A DNA stretch of 64,000 nt, taken from contig JBHGNT010000010.1 in the NCBI GenBank assembly GCA_043228905.1, positions 19,778,001-19,842,000 of the forward strand. Reading direction: 5' to 3'. Under the pieces are notes generated by a model that worked only from the letters and a program-made list of their open reading frames with translations, did no database searches and was not told the origin of the DNA. The position numbers and the translations under genes were made by a program. The DNA is from Azolla caroliniana. Taxonomy: Eukaryota; Plantae; Polypodiophyta. Positions 11,200-24,828 of the stretch are shown here, one piece after another (position 1 is the stretch's first letter; each line of letters begins with the position of its first letter).

Positions 11200-14100
11200 A
11201 AACAAAAGATTGGCATTAATAATACGCATGAGGGGGATATAGATATGATGCCAAGACCATTATATGCATATGTTATGGGAGAAGGTGAGGAGGAGAGAAA
11301 TGCTCAATATTGGGATGTAATGTATGTAGTTAATAATGAAACACTCCATGAGATTTTACTGGACACTATAGATATGGTGGCCAATGTAGAAGAGGATGAG
11401 ATTGTAGAGGTGGAGATGCCACGTAGAGAAAATTTAAAGGCATTTTCCATGTTTCATGAGAGAGGCATTATTTGCTTCTTTATAGGGAAAAATCCTTTAG
11501 TAAATTGGGTGGCACAATGGCTAAATGCAATGATTGGTAGAAATAGTAGGGTACAATGTTGCCCACCAATAATCATTGACCATCTCTGCAAAATGTATTT
11601 GCAGTCTTACGTGATTATTTCGGTGATATACCAAAGATATTGGCACAACGGGAAGCAACATAATTAGTGAGTGATGAAGATATTCACATGGAATGTAAGG
11701 AGAATTTGTTCTCCGTCCAAGTAGTATGGTATGTGGAAAAGTATGTTTAATAGTCAATGGGATCATATATTATGTGCAGTAGAACATAAGGAGCATGCTA
11801 AGTCTGGGTCTTTTTTTCATCATAAGCAATATCATGTTTTTTATGCTGGAGTCAATAGGGGGCCTTATTCAGGTATAATGCTTATGGTAAGGGATAGCTT
11901 GAAACTAGTAGTGGTTCAAAGAGATGTACATAGTCGGTTCTTGGTAGTTGAAGTTAATTATGAAGGGAAACAAATTTAGATGGTTGATATTTAGGGATCG
12001 AATGTTGCAAGACAACGTATGGATCTTTGGAGATGTTTAAATGAAGTTTTATGTCATGGAAGATTGTGTTTTTTGTTAGGGGATTTTAATGTGTTCTCAG
12101 GTGGGCCAAACTACTTCGATTCATGGATGCTCCCGAATGAGAGGTATGGGATTTGTTTATGATGGATGTCTTAAGGTATGATGCATGGACTCGGATCCAT
12201 GGAAATGATGGTGGTTTTACGTTTCAATCGGCACACTATAGATAAACTTGGAGTAGACTGGATCACATTTATATTATGCATGATGATACATTCTTGCCAG
12301 AGTTTTTGAGTATGCAAGTGTATAGGGGGATTGGATCATCAAATCATTTCCTAGTTGTTTTGAATGCACACATCAAAACGTGGACGGTTTTAGATCTTTA
12401 TTGGGAAGATAACCATTGAGATTTAATTCATCTTTTCTTGGACATGATAAATTTAAACATGCTATGGGACAATTGGTGCGGGAGTTTACAAGACAAGTCA
12501 ATATCCATGGTGTTTCGTCATGGGATATTTGTCTTTCCAATATTCAACGATTTACATGATATTATGGAATTTATCAAGCATCCATCTGTAAACAAAAGAT
12601 GAGTTTATTACAACACTTTCTAGATAGATGTAATGCATTGTTGGTAAAAATTCCATTTGATGATGTGTTGTTGGATATTCAAGAGACACTGTCACAAGCC
12701 TTACAAGTATTCAAGGTTCGTAGTTGTCAACAATCACGGGTGATGGCTATGAAAAATGAAGTACATGATCACAACTGTAATTCACATAAGTTTTTAAACC
12801 ATGGGTTGCATGCATCGCATCCTAGAATGAATGTGGTAAGCGTAGAGATTGATGGAACTTTGAATACAAACCCACAAGTGATTATTGATAATTGTGTTAA
12901 ACATTTCACGAATCTTTTTGGCCAAGATTGTATTCTGAATGATGAGATAACACAAGCTTGATCGATGTTATTTAACTCGGTCAAGGCGAGTGGTGGCAAC
13001 ATGTCACGGTTGCATTGGAGGAGGATATAAAGGAGGAGGAGGTGGAATATGTATTGTCACATCTTGCAGTTGATAAAAGTCCAGGTTGGGATGACATTAC
13101 AAATGAGTTTTTTAAAGTCTTTGTACCAGAACTCAAAGCCCCTCTAACAATGATATTCCAAGAAGTGTGGTGTTCGGGTAAAATGCCTGATTCACGGAAA
13201 GTTGGTCTTGTTAAAATTATACCAAAAGTTGCATCTTCTATGTCTTTTGCTCAATGGATATTGATATCATTAAAGGGTGGGATGTATATGATTTTTTCCA
13301 AAGTAATTGCAAATAGAATTCAAAAGGTATTGTCATATGTGGTCCATCCAATCCAATATGGGTTTATTGAGGGAAGGGACATCTTGCATAATATTTTGAA
13401 TGTACAAATGGCAGTGGACTATGCAAAGGAATACAAACAACAAATTGTAATGATACAACTAGACATTGAGAAGGCATATGATCATGCAAGTTGGTCTTTT
13501 ATTACTCAACTTATGTCTCATATGGGTTTTGGGGAAAGGATGTCTTGAATATTGTTGTTGGTGGGATTAGGTGCAATGTCACACATTATGTTAAATGGTG
13601 GAGTTACTAAGGCGATACCATTGAAAAGATCAATTAGACAAGGATGCCCATTGAGTCCATTATATTTGCAGTTGCTACACACCCGATTTTGGTGAAGATG
13701 CATGAGTTGGAAACATGTGGGGAAATAGTTGGATTAGCTCTACAATCATGGAAACAATTGATCGCTCAAGCATTGCCTGATGATTCATTTTTATTTCTCA
13801 AAGCAGCACCTGATAATATAGCTAAAGCCATGGAGGTGTGGAAATGTGTTCACATTGGCGTTAAGATTACATATAAATATGCGGAAGTCGATGCTTATTA
13901 GATGCACTGATAGTGATTTGGTTGATCTTGGATGGGATGACCAAATATTAGATCAAGGGAATGTGTTTCGACACTTAGGTTACCCTATTGGTGTTGATAT
14001 CTCATCATTGCAAAGTGTGAATTGGATATTGAGAACCATTTTGGGCAAATTTATGTATTGGAAGTCTCAAACATGGCCATTTAGTACTTGTCTCAAAGTG

Positions 14101-15030
14101 GTACAAGCTATAGTGATACCAATGATCTATTATTTTTTGTCATTATTACCGTGGACAAAGAAATCACTTGATCATTTAGCTCGTTCACTTAAATATACAC
14201 TTTGGAAGAAAGACACAAATCTTGGTATGAGTTGGGTATCATGGAACAATATTTGTACCCCAAAACGGTTGGGGGGGGGGGGTACAACTACTTTACTAAA
14301 TTTAGAAGATCATATGGTGGCTCGAAATTCAATCTTTTGAAAGGTATGTGCATAGGTACCCAACCTTGGGCAGAAATAATTAGTTATTTTGTGGAAAAGT
14401 TTGGTATATATCATGGGAAAACGAGAATTACAGCTTCGTGTTAATACCTGGACATTTAAATGTTCATAATCTATTATGGTTCAACAATTGGTGCGTTCTT
14501 GGCAGCGATGTTTGAACTTGTGTAATTGGAGTGCAGAAAAGATATAAATTCATTGGCAACAGAGGTATTGGCAGCTTCAAGGATATTACACTAGGATGGA
14601 AAAGAAAGTTAAATTCATAGTTCAATCGAATGGCAAGGCTAGACTTAGTAACTGTGGTAGATGGTATCTTAGAGTTGTTAGGATTGGAGTCACGTAGGAA
14701 GATGATGGGCTTTCGGACAATCAGAAATAAGTTTCATATACCACGTGGATATGGGTATATTTGGCAATCAATATTGGCATTGCCTAGATTAGTTTTCCCG
14801 ATTCCAGAGTTGGTGGTCGACGATCCATGGAAAGATTGGTCATTTGGTATCGGGAAATAGATTTTTTGTGGTGCGCACTAATGATGTGTACCATAAGTTG
14901 GTTGAAGATAAAGCTTGGTTAGCAAATAAGGTTTTGGATAGATGGTACATTACTGAACATGTGAAGTGGTGGCGTAGAGTTTTAGATGCAGGGTGGCACT
15001 CTCATCTTCCATTTCATGCAAAGGTGTTGA
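11200..15030 (+). mobile_element. Degenerate L1-clade LINE (ORF1 remnant, APE endonuclease, reverse transcriptase)
   Basis: Endonuclease start MKIFTWNVR at about 11674 and GDFN at about 12080. RT fragments KSPGWDDITNEFFK, QYGFIEGRDI, QLDIEKAYD, RQGCPL and FRHLGYPIG, then SWNNICTPKRLGG. Many stops and frameshifts. Boundaries are approximate. Confidence 0.9.
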
Positions 15031-15249
15031 TTAGAACAATGAAACAATCTTTTAATATGATAAGTCCAATATCATATAAAGAGCCTCCTTAGATATACTT
15101 TCACATTTAAGTCTAGGTCTTTAGCAATGCATGAGTATCCAAAGGTCTCTTAAAAAGAATAGAATCTAATCTTATTATTCTAATCCCCAAGTACAACGAA
15201 AGGGGATACCCAAAAAAAGACAGTAAAATAATTTAGACTTAACACCCCA

Positions 15250-15815
15250 GGATTTAGAATTAATATCAAACAATCTAGAGTTAATATCTAATTATTTAGA
15301 CTTTAACACGTAATGATTTAGACTTGGACACCTAATGATTTTAGATTTGACGTCTACGAATTTAGAATTAGATGATAACTTTTAGATGTATACTGAAACA
15401 GAAATACAATATAACATTTAAACAAAAGACAGAGAGTCTCTCAATTATCTATCTCCGTGGAGATGGAAATCCAAGTTGTAGATGTAGATATGGATATAGA
15501 TAAAGTCAAATCATAGAGATGCAGACTTGATAGCTAATGATTTAGATTTGACGTCTAAGAATTTAGAATTAGATGATAACTTTGGAGGTAGACTGAACCA
15601 GAAATTTGTAACGATATATAAACATTACAAAAGACAAAGAGTGTCTCAATTATCTATCTCGGCCCATTCTCCGTGGAATTTGTGGATGTAGATAAATATA
15701 GAGATATGGATAAATCAGAGAGATTTTGAGTTTGAAACCTAATGATTTAGATTTGATGATAGCTTTAGAGGTATGTTGAAACAGAAATATGATATAACAT
15801 TACAAAACGAGAGAG
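15250..15815. repeat. Degenerate ~230-bp tandem units upstream of ACX4 copy 2
   Basis: Same unit as 3240-3870, repeated about 2.5 times. Confidence 0.7.
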
Positions 15816-16320
15816 ACAGCCTTCCCTCCTCCCTATTTGCATCACCTGTGACCACATCAATTCCTTTTTAGCCTCTTCTCTTCTCTTCTCTTCTCTTCTT
15901 CAATCTTTACAATACCTCGGCTTTCTTGCAAGAAAAGGCTCTAAGAGATCTCCCCGATTTCTACTTTGTTTCTAATCATACCATTGTAACAAGTAAATTC
16001 TGCCTTCCTCTTTGTGTTTCCTCCCAATTTGTTCTCGTCTCTGTTAATTGAACCATAAATCTCGTTAATTGTTAGCTTTGATCCATTGTTTTGGAATGTA
16101 TGTGAATGGGCAATTCGTTTTCTTCTTGTTTCTTTTTCATTTCTCCATTGTAAGGGAGAGAATCATCCGCCACATGTGAGAACTTACTTGATACATTTGT
16201 GAAAATCTATGGAGAAGGCATTAATTTTCTGTGGAAACATAGGAAGAATGCAATAATATTTACATATGTATGTTGTGCGGTTCATAATGTCGTAGCATTT
16301 GCATACATACATACATACAT

Positions 16321-16366
<46 letters not shown>

Positions 16367-18731
16367 TATAAATCATATAAATCATATATATCTTTATGTA
16401 TGTGTATATATGTATACGTATACGTGTGTACATATAAATATGCACATACTCATACATATATAGATTATGCATGTAAATACAAGTATATACACCCACCCAT
16501 CCATCTACATATATGTCTAATATAGTGGATGTATATATACTTATGAATATATGCATACATCTCTCTCTATACGCTGACATATATACAATACACGTATGTA
16601 TGTATACATGTATGCAAGCATATATACAATACACGTACATACATCCATAGGTACATACGTATGTATGTCTTTATGTATATATATATACATGCATATATGT
16701 ATGTATGTATGTATGTATGATCGTGAAAACATACAAACATACATACATACATACATATATATATATATAGATATATATGTCGGGTGAAAACATATATCTG
16801 TCAAATGTCTTAAAGAGTGTGGCAAAGTGGCTGGTAAACATCAATTGGAAAAGAAAGCTGCTTCAATAAATTTAGAGGTTTGTGCTTTCTAATCTCCTTA
16901 GCTCTGAAGTAGGAAGGCTAGGCAGCAATGGCTGATCAGATGAACCAGCAAAGAATCGCCACAATAAGACATCATTTGCAGCCTGCTTCAAGTGGGACAC
17001 CAAGTATGTGTGAACTTTAGTATTTGAAAATGTAGTATCACAATGTTAATCTTGTTGCCAGGTATTTAATCAGTATACCCCGAAGTTCTCAAAAAATTAC
17101 AAAAGAATACCACTCTATAGTACCAATTCTACCATTAGAAGCCGGTGTTTTGAACTATTATATTGTGTATCAGCATCTCATTACATGTTTATGTTTGGTT
17201 TAATAGGGCATATTGCAGAGCTCTCAACAGACGAGAATTCACAAGTATGCATAAATCCCACTTCAGCTTCTTGGGGTCAGGACCAGTAGATGAGAGAGAT
17301 CTGTTTGTGTTTTTTGAGGTTATCAATGTAATACAATATTTATTGTGTTCGATGTAATAGAATTGGTTGCGGAACGTGCTAAAGTGGGGCTGGATATCGC
17401 GATTGCATTCCCTCAAGCAACACCAGTCTCAAAATTTCCTCCATGTGGTAACAGCAAATCATATTTTCTCGTGTAATAGTAAAAACAGACAGTGAGTTTG
17501 CGGCTATTGTTTTAAAAATGGTTGGAGGAAGAAACTGGAGAGTGATTCTATTGAATCTCTGCCTTGAGGAATTTTGGCATTAATTCTTAAGCTGGGTAGG
17601 TCTAGACAGAGGAGAAATGCAAAAACAGAGGAGGAGTTTTGCTCTTTAGCATTGGAATGGTTCAAAGTTTTTTGCAGTAAGGATGTGATGCTAATAGAAA
17701 TTTGTGTTAACTTTAGCAAAAAAACAATGCTAAAGCTGAGGACAATGAATTTGACATTACGGATTGGAATGGGTTAAGGGATGCAAGATGGCTGGACAGG
17801 GAAATTGAGATTAATTAACCATTAAACACAGTACTTACAAATGTTTTCCATTAAGGATATAGGGTACTGATTGGGCAAGCCCTAACAGTATAACAAAGAG
17901 AAATGCTACTACAAAAGAGTATGGATTTGCCATTAAAGTTTGGAATCGCCTGGTTGGAGTAGGGGAATCAAGATTGATTCTATTACCGAAGGATTTTATT
18001 TTATTCTAATTTTATTACTGATGCTACTTGGTTAGGTGTAGACATCAACCATTTGGTAGCATCAATTTTCAAACTTTAAATTTATCAGGTTAATTTTTAT
18101 CTGTTTCCATATTGTTGTATCCAGTCTCAGATTACTATCAACTCGACGATCTTTTAACACCTGAGGAGAAGGCTGGCTGTTCGTGCTCGAGTAAGAGAAA
18201 CTGCAGAAAAACACATCGCGCCTACTATAGCCAAAGTAATTGAAATTCCTCAAAGCTTTTTATCCTTGCCATCACTAATGATTCTGATTCATGTGCCTTT
18301 ATTCTGTCAGTACTGGGAGAAGGCAGAGTTTCCTTTTGAACTTGTGCCTAAGTTGGCACAGTTAAATGTTTCTGGAGGTACAATCCAGGTATGTCCATTT
18401 TCTTTTTGTAAAGAAAATAGAGCAGAAAAAAACATCTCAGATATTTTCATATCATCAAAACGTTAGTTTCTAGAACTTTAGAAACTTTTAGAGAGATTAC
18501 ATAAACATTGGCCGAATGTTCTGTATACAATAGATTCCTTTCTGAAAGAAAGAAAATTTTGATTGTGTAATGCTCTTAAACTCCTCAATACTTGCGAGAG
18601 CCCTCGGTTTTAGAAATATAGATGTTATAGAAAGAGTAAAGCCTCTAAATTTGTTGGATATAAAACCATGACTTTTAAGTCAAGATTTTCTATGTATTTT
18701 TAAAACTAGGTCCAGGAAAAAGTATAGAATG

Positions 18732-19062
18732 TTGGCGACGGTTTATGTCACTGCCACTACAAGATCAGGCGAACATACTCCATGGAATCAGGGGCGGATG
18801 GACTATGAGATTGGAAATCATTAACGCTCTACTTATTAGGGAATCTGCTACTCAAAGGACGACAATGGAGAAATGGATAGGCTACGAGGAGGAGGAATCT
18901 CTGATCCCGAGAGGTAGGGAACCACCAGACAGACTCGAAGGCTCTGATTTGCGAGACACTAAGACACTAAGACACCAACACAAAATAACACAATTCGAGT
19001 ACTCGCGTATACTGGTCATAAATGGATTATAGATCCTGATCCGATCAAAGTACAACCTAACT
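18732..19062 (+). mobile_element. Internal fragment of the same L1 family as 39171-50345
   Basis: ORF text MEKWIGYEEEESLIPRGREPPDRLEGSDLRDT closely matches MEKWIGHKEEGSLITRDRGPLDKLEGSELRDT of ORF 39991-40344 (-). Confidence 0.85.
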
Positions 19063-19484
19063 AATGTCAATGATAGATGTATTACAAAGGTTTAATGCAT
19101 CATCACGTCCAAAACTTTACAAATGCAGATTTGGTACCCTAGCTCATGGCCATCTACATGTGTAGTTATTAATATCCCCACCTTGAGTTCTTGCAAGTTT
19201 CCTTGTCACCTGAGTTATGCTCGTGTTGTCATCCCTTGTTCCACATAAATGTTTCTCTGTTGTAGATGAACCAAACTATGAAGATCAACATTAAGTGCTT
19301 GAAGTGGTCATTGAGAACCATGAGAATACTTTATAGACCATGTAAATGACATTTGCAAGGTTCAATTACCATCAACACAATTATTAATGGTTTTTTGTTA
19401 ATCAATGATGCACATGTTCACCATAAGGTATCTTGTTATGCAACATACATCTTTGCAATATTGATATGCATCATTTTCTCTTGT

Positions 19485-20063
19485 AAAAACATAGATTTCA
19501 ATATAATTTGAGTTCATGTTTATAAAACTTCTTTTATTTGAAAAACAAGAAGATTTTTAAACATGAAATCGATATGTTGTATCGAGTTGATGTAAAAAAC
19601 AAAGTTTTGATCATAATTTGATACAATGTATTGAATTCATGTTTAAAGTGTTTTTAACCGGATTTTACAAAATTTAATAATAATAAGTTGAGCTTGAGTT
19701 CATATAAAAACCAGATTTTTCATCACAATTCGATACAATGTATTGAGTTCATTTTTAAAGTATATTTTTCTAATTTTTTTTCAATTTTTTCCAAATTTTT
19801 TTGATTTTTTTCAATTTGTTTATGGAAAAAAAATTTAAATTTTAAACATGAATTTGATACATTGTATTGACTTGTGATGAAAACTCTGGTTTTTTATATA
19901 AAAAACTTAAAAAAAAACAACAAAAAACCAAAATAAATAGGAAAAAAAAACAATTTTTTTATAAAACCCAAAAAAAAAAGCTTTAAACAAGTTAGCTTTT
20001 CAACATGAACTCGATACATTGTATGGAGTTCATGTAGAAAAGTCGACTATTTGACACGAACTC
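19485..20063. repeat. Foldback-like array of palindromic ~31-bp units (consensus catgaactcgatacaWtgtatcgagttcatg) with A/T-rich spacers
   Basis: Units near 19490, 19562, 19612, 19722, 19846 and 20003. 19706-19760 and 19840-19895 form a long inverted repeat. Probably a non-autonomous DNA transposon truncated by the gypsy insertion. Confidence 0.6.
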
Positions 20064-20499
20064 TGTCATGATATGGCAAGACTCGAACCCATGACCTTAG
20101 GTTATATGGGTCGAGCTCTTGACCATTATATCATCTATTGTAATACGTAGGATATTATTTTCATTTACATTTTATTATAGGAAATTAATATATATTCCAG
20201 ATTTCTCTGGAACATTCTAGAAGCTTCAGGATTACTCCTGAGAACACTATAAAAGAGGGCACTAGGCATTATGTTGAACCAAATTGGTTCAACGCCAGTC
20301 TTTAGCCTCATAGCCCTTTTGTACTTACTCTTCTTATAATATATAATCTGTTATCATCATCTCTCGTCCTCACTATCTCTCTCTCTCTCCTCTTCTCTCT
20401 TCCTCTCTCGGGAGTCTTACGCAGTCCCGTCCCCTTAGTTCTAATAGTACTTCCCTTCTCTAGTACTAATTCTCTCTCTGTTTAGTACTATTCCTGACA
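20064..20499 (+). repeat. Gypsy 5' LTR (436 bp), TATA box at 20248
   Basis: TGTCA/TGACA termini. The first 164 bp are repeated at 31000-31163. Confidence 0.9.
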
Positions 20500-23400
20500 G
20501 TTTGAACCAATTTTCCTTCTGTCTCTCCCTTCATACTAATCTCGTATTTCTCTTTTCTTTTCATCCCATGGCCACAGTTAGCGCTCAGGTATATCAATCT
20601 GTTTTCTCGGAGTTTCAATGCTTGAAAGAGAAGTTCCTTGCTTTGGAACAAGAAAATCAACAGTTGTTGGGGGATCTTCAACAAATCTCCTTAGAAAAGC
20701 AGCAAACGCAACAACAACATGGGGAACTTGCATTACGCGTGCAACAGCTCGAAGCAACCATCATAGCGATGCAACAACAAGGCCCTGGAACACAAGGGAT
20801 TCATAAGGAACCCAAAATTGGCCTTCCCACGAAGTTCGATGGAACACGATCGCAGTTTAGAGGGTTCCTTAATCAGGACCTACGATTAGTTATTCAAATG
20901 CATCCTTCCCGATATCCTACCGATGCATCACGAGTGGGTTTAGTAGGGACGTTGTTAAGTGGCTCAACATTGGCATGGTTCGCTCCATTGTTGGAAAAGG
21001 AGTCTCCATTACTCAACAACTTTGAAGAGTTTATAGGTGAGTTTAAAGCATGCTTTGGGGATACTGACAGCATAAGGACTGTAATCAACAAAATCCAACG
21101 ATTACGCCAAGGAGACCGTCCAGCCTCTGCATACGCTGCAGATTTCCGTCTACTCGCCGTTGACATCCCTTGGGATGATCAAGCATTGATGGAGCAATTT
21201 CGTTATGGTTTACGCCACGATGTCAAGGATTTACTCTTGACTTTCCCTGAAGAGCCAAAGTCCTTAATAGAAGCAATCAGTCGCGCGGTAAGATGTGATA
21301 ACCGCCTCTTTAAGCGACGTTCGGAACGACAGCTACAGATGCCGAGGGCAAGATCAGAGCCCACCTACGCCTCAATGGTAGCAAAAACTTTACCCAGGGA
21401 GTACTATAATGCGCATGCAGTGAATACTCCGACTCCGATGGAGATTGACACTACACGTCGTCAAGGACCATTATCCGAAGAAGAATAGCAGCAACGCCGA
21501 ACAAATCGACTATGTCTCTACTGCAGTGGACCAGGACACATTGCAATAAATTGTCCCCATGGGCCAAGAAGACAGGTAAACCAAATAGTTGTTAGTTCTA
21601 ATTTTACTAAACCCGAGCCTATTACAGTAGGGATATCTGATAGTACTAATAGTACTAATAGCCTAGATCTAGCGAACAAATTTGATGTCCTTAGTCAGTT
21701 AGAAGAAGAGTTAAACGACTAAGTCCAGCCAAAATAGGAGCCGTTTGGTTGGACAACCCTAGATCTGTGCAGCCCATTAGTGGTTCCATTCCCTCTAAGC
21801 AAGTTAGCAATGTGTTCGTAGCCCAAGTAACATTTAGTACTAAAAGTACCCCTCTAGTACACATCTTAGCACTTCTAGACTCCGGAGCTAACTCTTGCTT
21901 TATGGATAGGAATTTTGCCCAAGTTCATCAAATATCTCTTAGAAAACTTCCGTGTCCAGCCTCTGTAGTCGTCATTGATGGTCGTCCCATTGCTTCCGAA
22001 AATATCATAGAAGAGTCAGAACCCGTTAATATTGTCATAGCTAACTTAGCATGTGTAGTATCATTTAACATTATTAGTATCCCAGAACATCCCATCGTTT
22101 TGGGATTACCATGGTTCGAGTTACATAACCCAGACATAGATTGGAGAACAAGAGAAATCCAGTGTCGACAAACCCGAGGATCTACTCAGAAGATTGTCAC
22201 CATTTCACTACATCAGTTGCAGGAAGAAGGACGCAAGGAAGAAATGTTTCTCTTCGCAATATCACTAAAACCCTCCGACACCGTTAAAGAGGAGTTCACT
22301 GTTCAGCTTCCAAAGAAGTATCATCATTATGCCGATGTATTCGATAAAGTACGAGCCAATACACTTCCTCACCATCGACCATATGATTGCCCCATCGATT
22401 TACAACCGGGGAAAGAGCCACCATGGGGACCGATCTACAATTTCTCACCAACCGAGCTAGAAGTCCTTCGAGCCTATATAGAGGAGAATTTGGAGAATGG
22501 ATTCATTCGACATTCGAAATCTCCAACCGGCGCACCCATTTTCTTCGTCAAGAAAAAGGATGGCTCACTTCGTCTAGTGGTAGATTACCGTGGCTTGAAT
22601 AAAGTTACAATCCGCAATAGGTATGCACTTCCCCTTATCTCAAGTCTTTTAGAATGGATCAATGGTGCCAGGTTCTTCACAAAGATCGACTGAGGGCCTA
22701 TAACCTCGTACGGATCCGACCAGGAGATGAATGGAAGACCGCGTTCCGCACTAGATATGGGCACTTCGAGTATACGGTCATGCCTTTCGGCCTCACTAAT
22801 GCGCCAACCGTCTTCTAGCACATGGAAAATGATATATCCCGAGATCTCTTGGATGTGTGTCTGATCATCTACTTGGATGATCTACTTGTTTATTCAAAGA
22901 CCGAAGAAGAGCATGATTCTCATGTACTGTTAGTACTAAAATGACTTCGAGAACATGGTCTTTACGCAAATCTAGAAAAATGTAGTTTCGGGTGCAACCA
23001 GGTGGAATTTCTCAGCTACGTCATTTCATCAGAAGGCATCTCCATGGACCCAGCTAAGGTCAAGACGGTGGTAGAATGGCAGGCTCCGCGCTCGGTGTGG
23101 GATGTGCAATGCTTTTTAGGCTTTGCCAATTTTTACCGGAAGTTTATACAAGATTACTCAAAGCTCGTTCTGCCTCTCACATAGCTTACCAGGAAGGGAC
23201 AATCGTTCGTTTGGTCTGAAGAAGCAGATATGGCTTTCGAGAGTCTTAAAAAGGCTTTTACATCGGCTCCAATTCTAGCTCATGTCGATCCGGAACTACC
23301 ATTTATTATCGAAGCTGACGCATCAGATTTCGCATTGGGGAGCATTCTGTCACAACGGGGTCATGATGAGAAGCTATATCCTGTGGCTTTTCACTCACGC

Positions 23401-24828
23401 AAGTTTGACACCGCCAAAATCAATTACGAAATTCATGATAAGGAGCTATTGGAAATAGTGGACTCGTTTATGTAATGGAGGCATTTTTTAGAGGGATCCT
23501 CTCATCAAGTCACCGTATTCAGTGACCATAAAAACCTTGGCTACTTTCAGGATGCTCGTGTGTTAAATCGACGTCAAGCTCGGTGGGCCCACTTCCTCAC
23601 ACGTTTCGACTTCAAAATTACATAACGTCCGGGGAAGCACCAAGGGAAGGTAGATGCATTATCACAGCGTTCATATCTAACACCGCGTCCCGGCGAGCCG
23701 GCTTTCGATAACCAAAAGCAAGTAATCTTGGGACCGGCACGACTACAAGCAACACAGGTTTTTGGCATGCCCATGGATTCCCACGTTATCAATATCATAC
23801 GTGCGGACCTGAAGACAGATGCTTTCGCCCAAGCTATACTAGCACAAATTGATCCCTCTCGAGCATCGTGTTCACAGTCACAACCACCAGGTACGGACTA
23901 TCGGCAATTCAAATACCATGACACATATACAGCTAGGCATATTGGTAGTACTAAAACATTAGGTTGAGTACAACGATCATTCTGGTGGCTCCGTATGCGA
24001 CAATTTGTCGAAGATTTTGTTCGTACTTGTGATACATGCTGCAGAGCGAAAATGCCAAGGCATCATCCCTATGGTTTATTAGAACCATTACCAATTCCAA
24101 GCAAGCCATGGCAATCCATTGCTCTCGATTTCATCACAGATCTTCCAGTCTCTAAGGGGTTCAATGCGATTCTAACAGTGGTAGATCGATATACGAAGAT
24201 GACTCATTTCTTGCCATGTACTAAGGAAATCTCCAGTGAAGACATCGCCGAAATTGTCATGCGTGAAGTATGTCAGCATCATGGACTTCCCGATAGTATC
24301 GTCAACGACCGTGGACGCCAATTTGTGTCAAAATTCTGGAAGCACTTTTTTAAAATGCTCAAGGTCACTTGTAACCTCTCCACCGGCTACCACCCACAAA
24401 CCGATGGCCAAGCCGAACGAACAAATCAAACGCTGGAGCAGTACCTGTGATGCTTTCTCAGCTATCATCAGGATAACAGGGTAGATATTCTCCACTTCGC
24501 CGAATTTGCCTATAATAACTCTATCCACGCATCGACTAAAGTTTCGCCATTTTATGCTTATACGGGATGTCACCCTCAGTGGAGTGTACTTGAAACCCCA
24601 GAGGTGTCCACAAATCCTTGCGCGGAGGATCATTTGGAGCAGTTACGCAAGATATAAGCAGATTTATCTACTCATCTCCAGCAAGCTCAACAAACACACA
24701 AGGTCTACGCGGATCGTCATCGACTTCCATCTAGTTTTAACATTGGAGATCGGGTGTGGCTGCTACGACGACACATCAAGACTACTCGCCGATGTGAGAA
24801 GTTGGATTATCGGCGATTAGGTCCTTTC

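Noticed and set aside
16199-16825. Several 60-126 aa ORFs rich in Y, I, H, M, C and V (also 60860-61470 and 9261-9587)
   Set aside because: They are translations of (TA)n, (TACA)n and (GA)n microsatellites inside ACX4 introns.
19485-20063. Palindromic repeats with spacers resembling a CRISPR array
   Set aside because: The context is eukaryotic, the units are degenerate and in both orientations, the spacers are irregular poly-A/T, and there are no cas genes.
20502-21488. Domesticated PEG10/RTL-like gag gene
   Set aside because: It lies inside an LTR-bounded gypsy element, has a premature stop before the zinc knuckle and is followed by a decayed pol.
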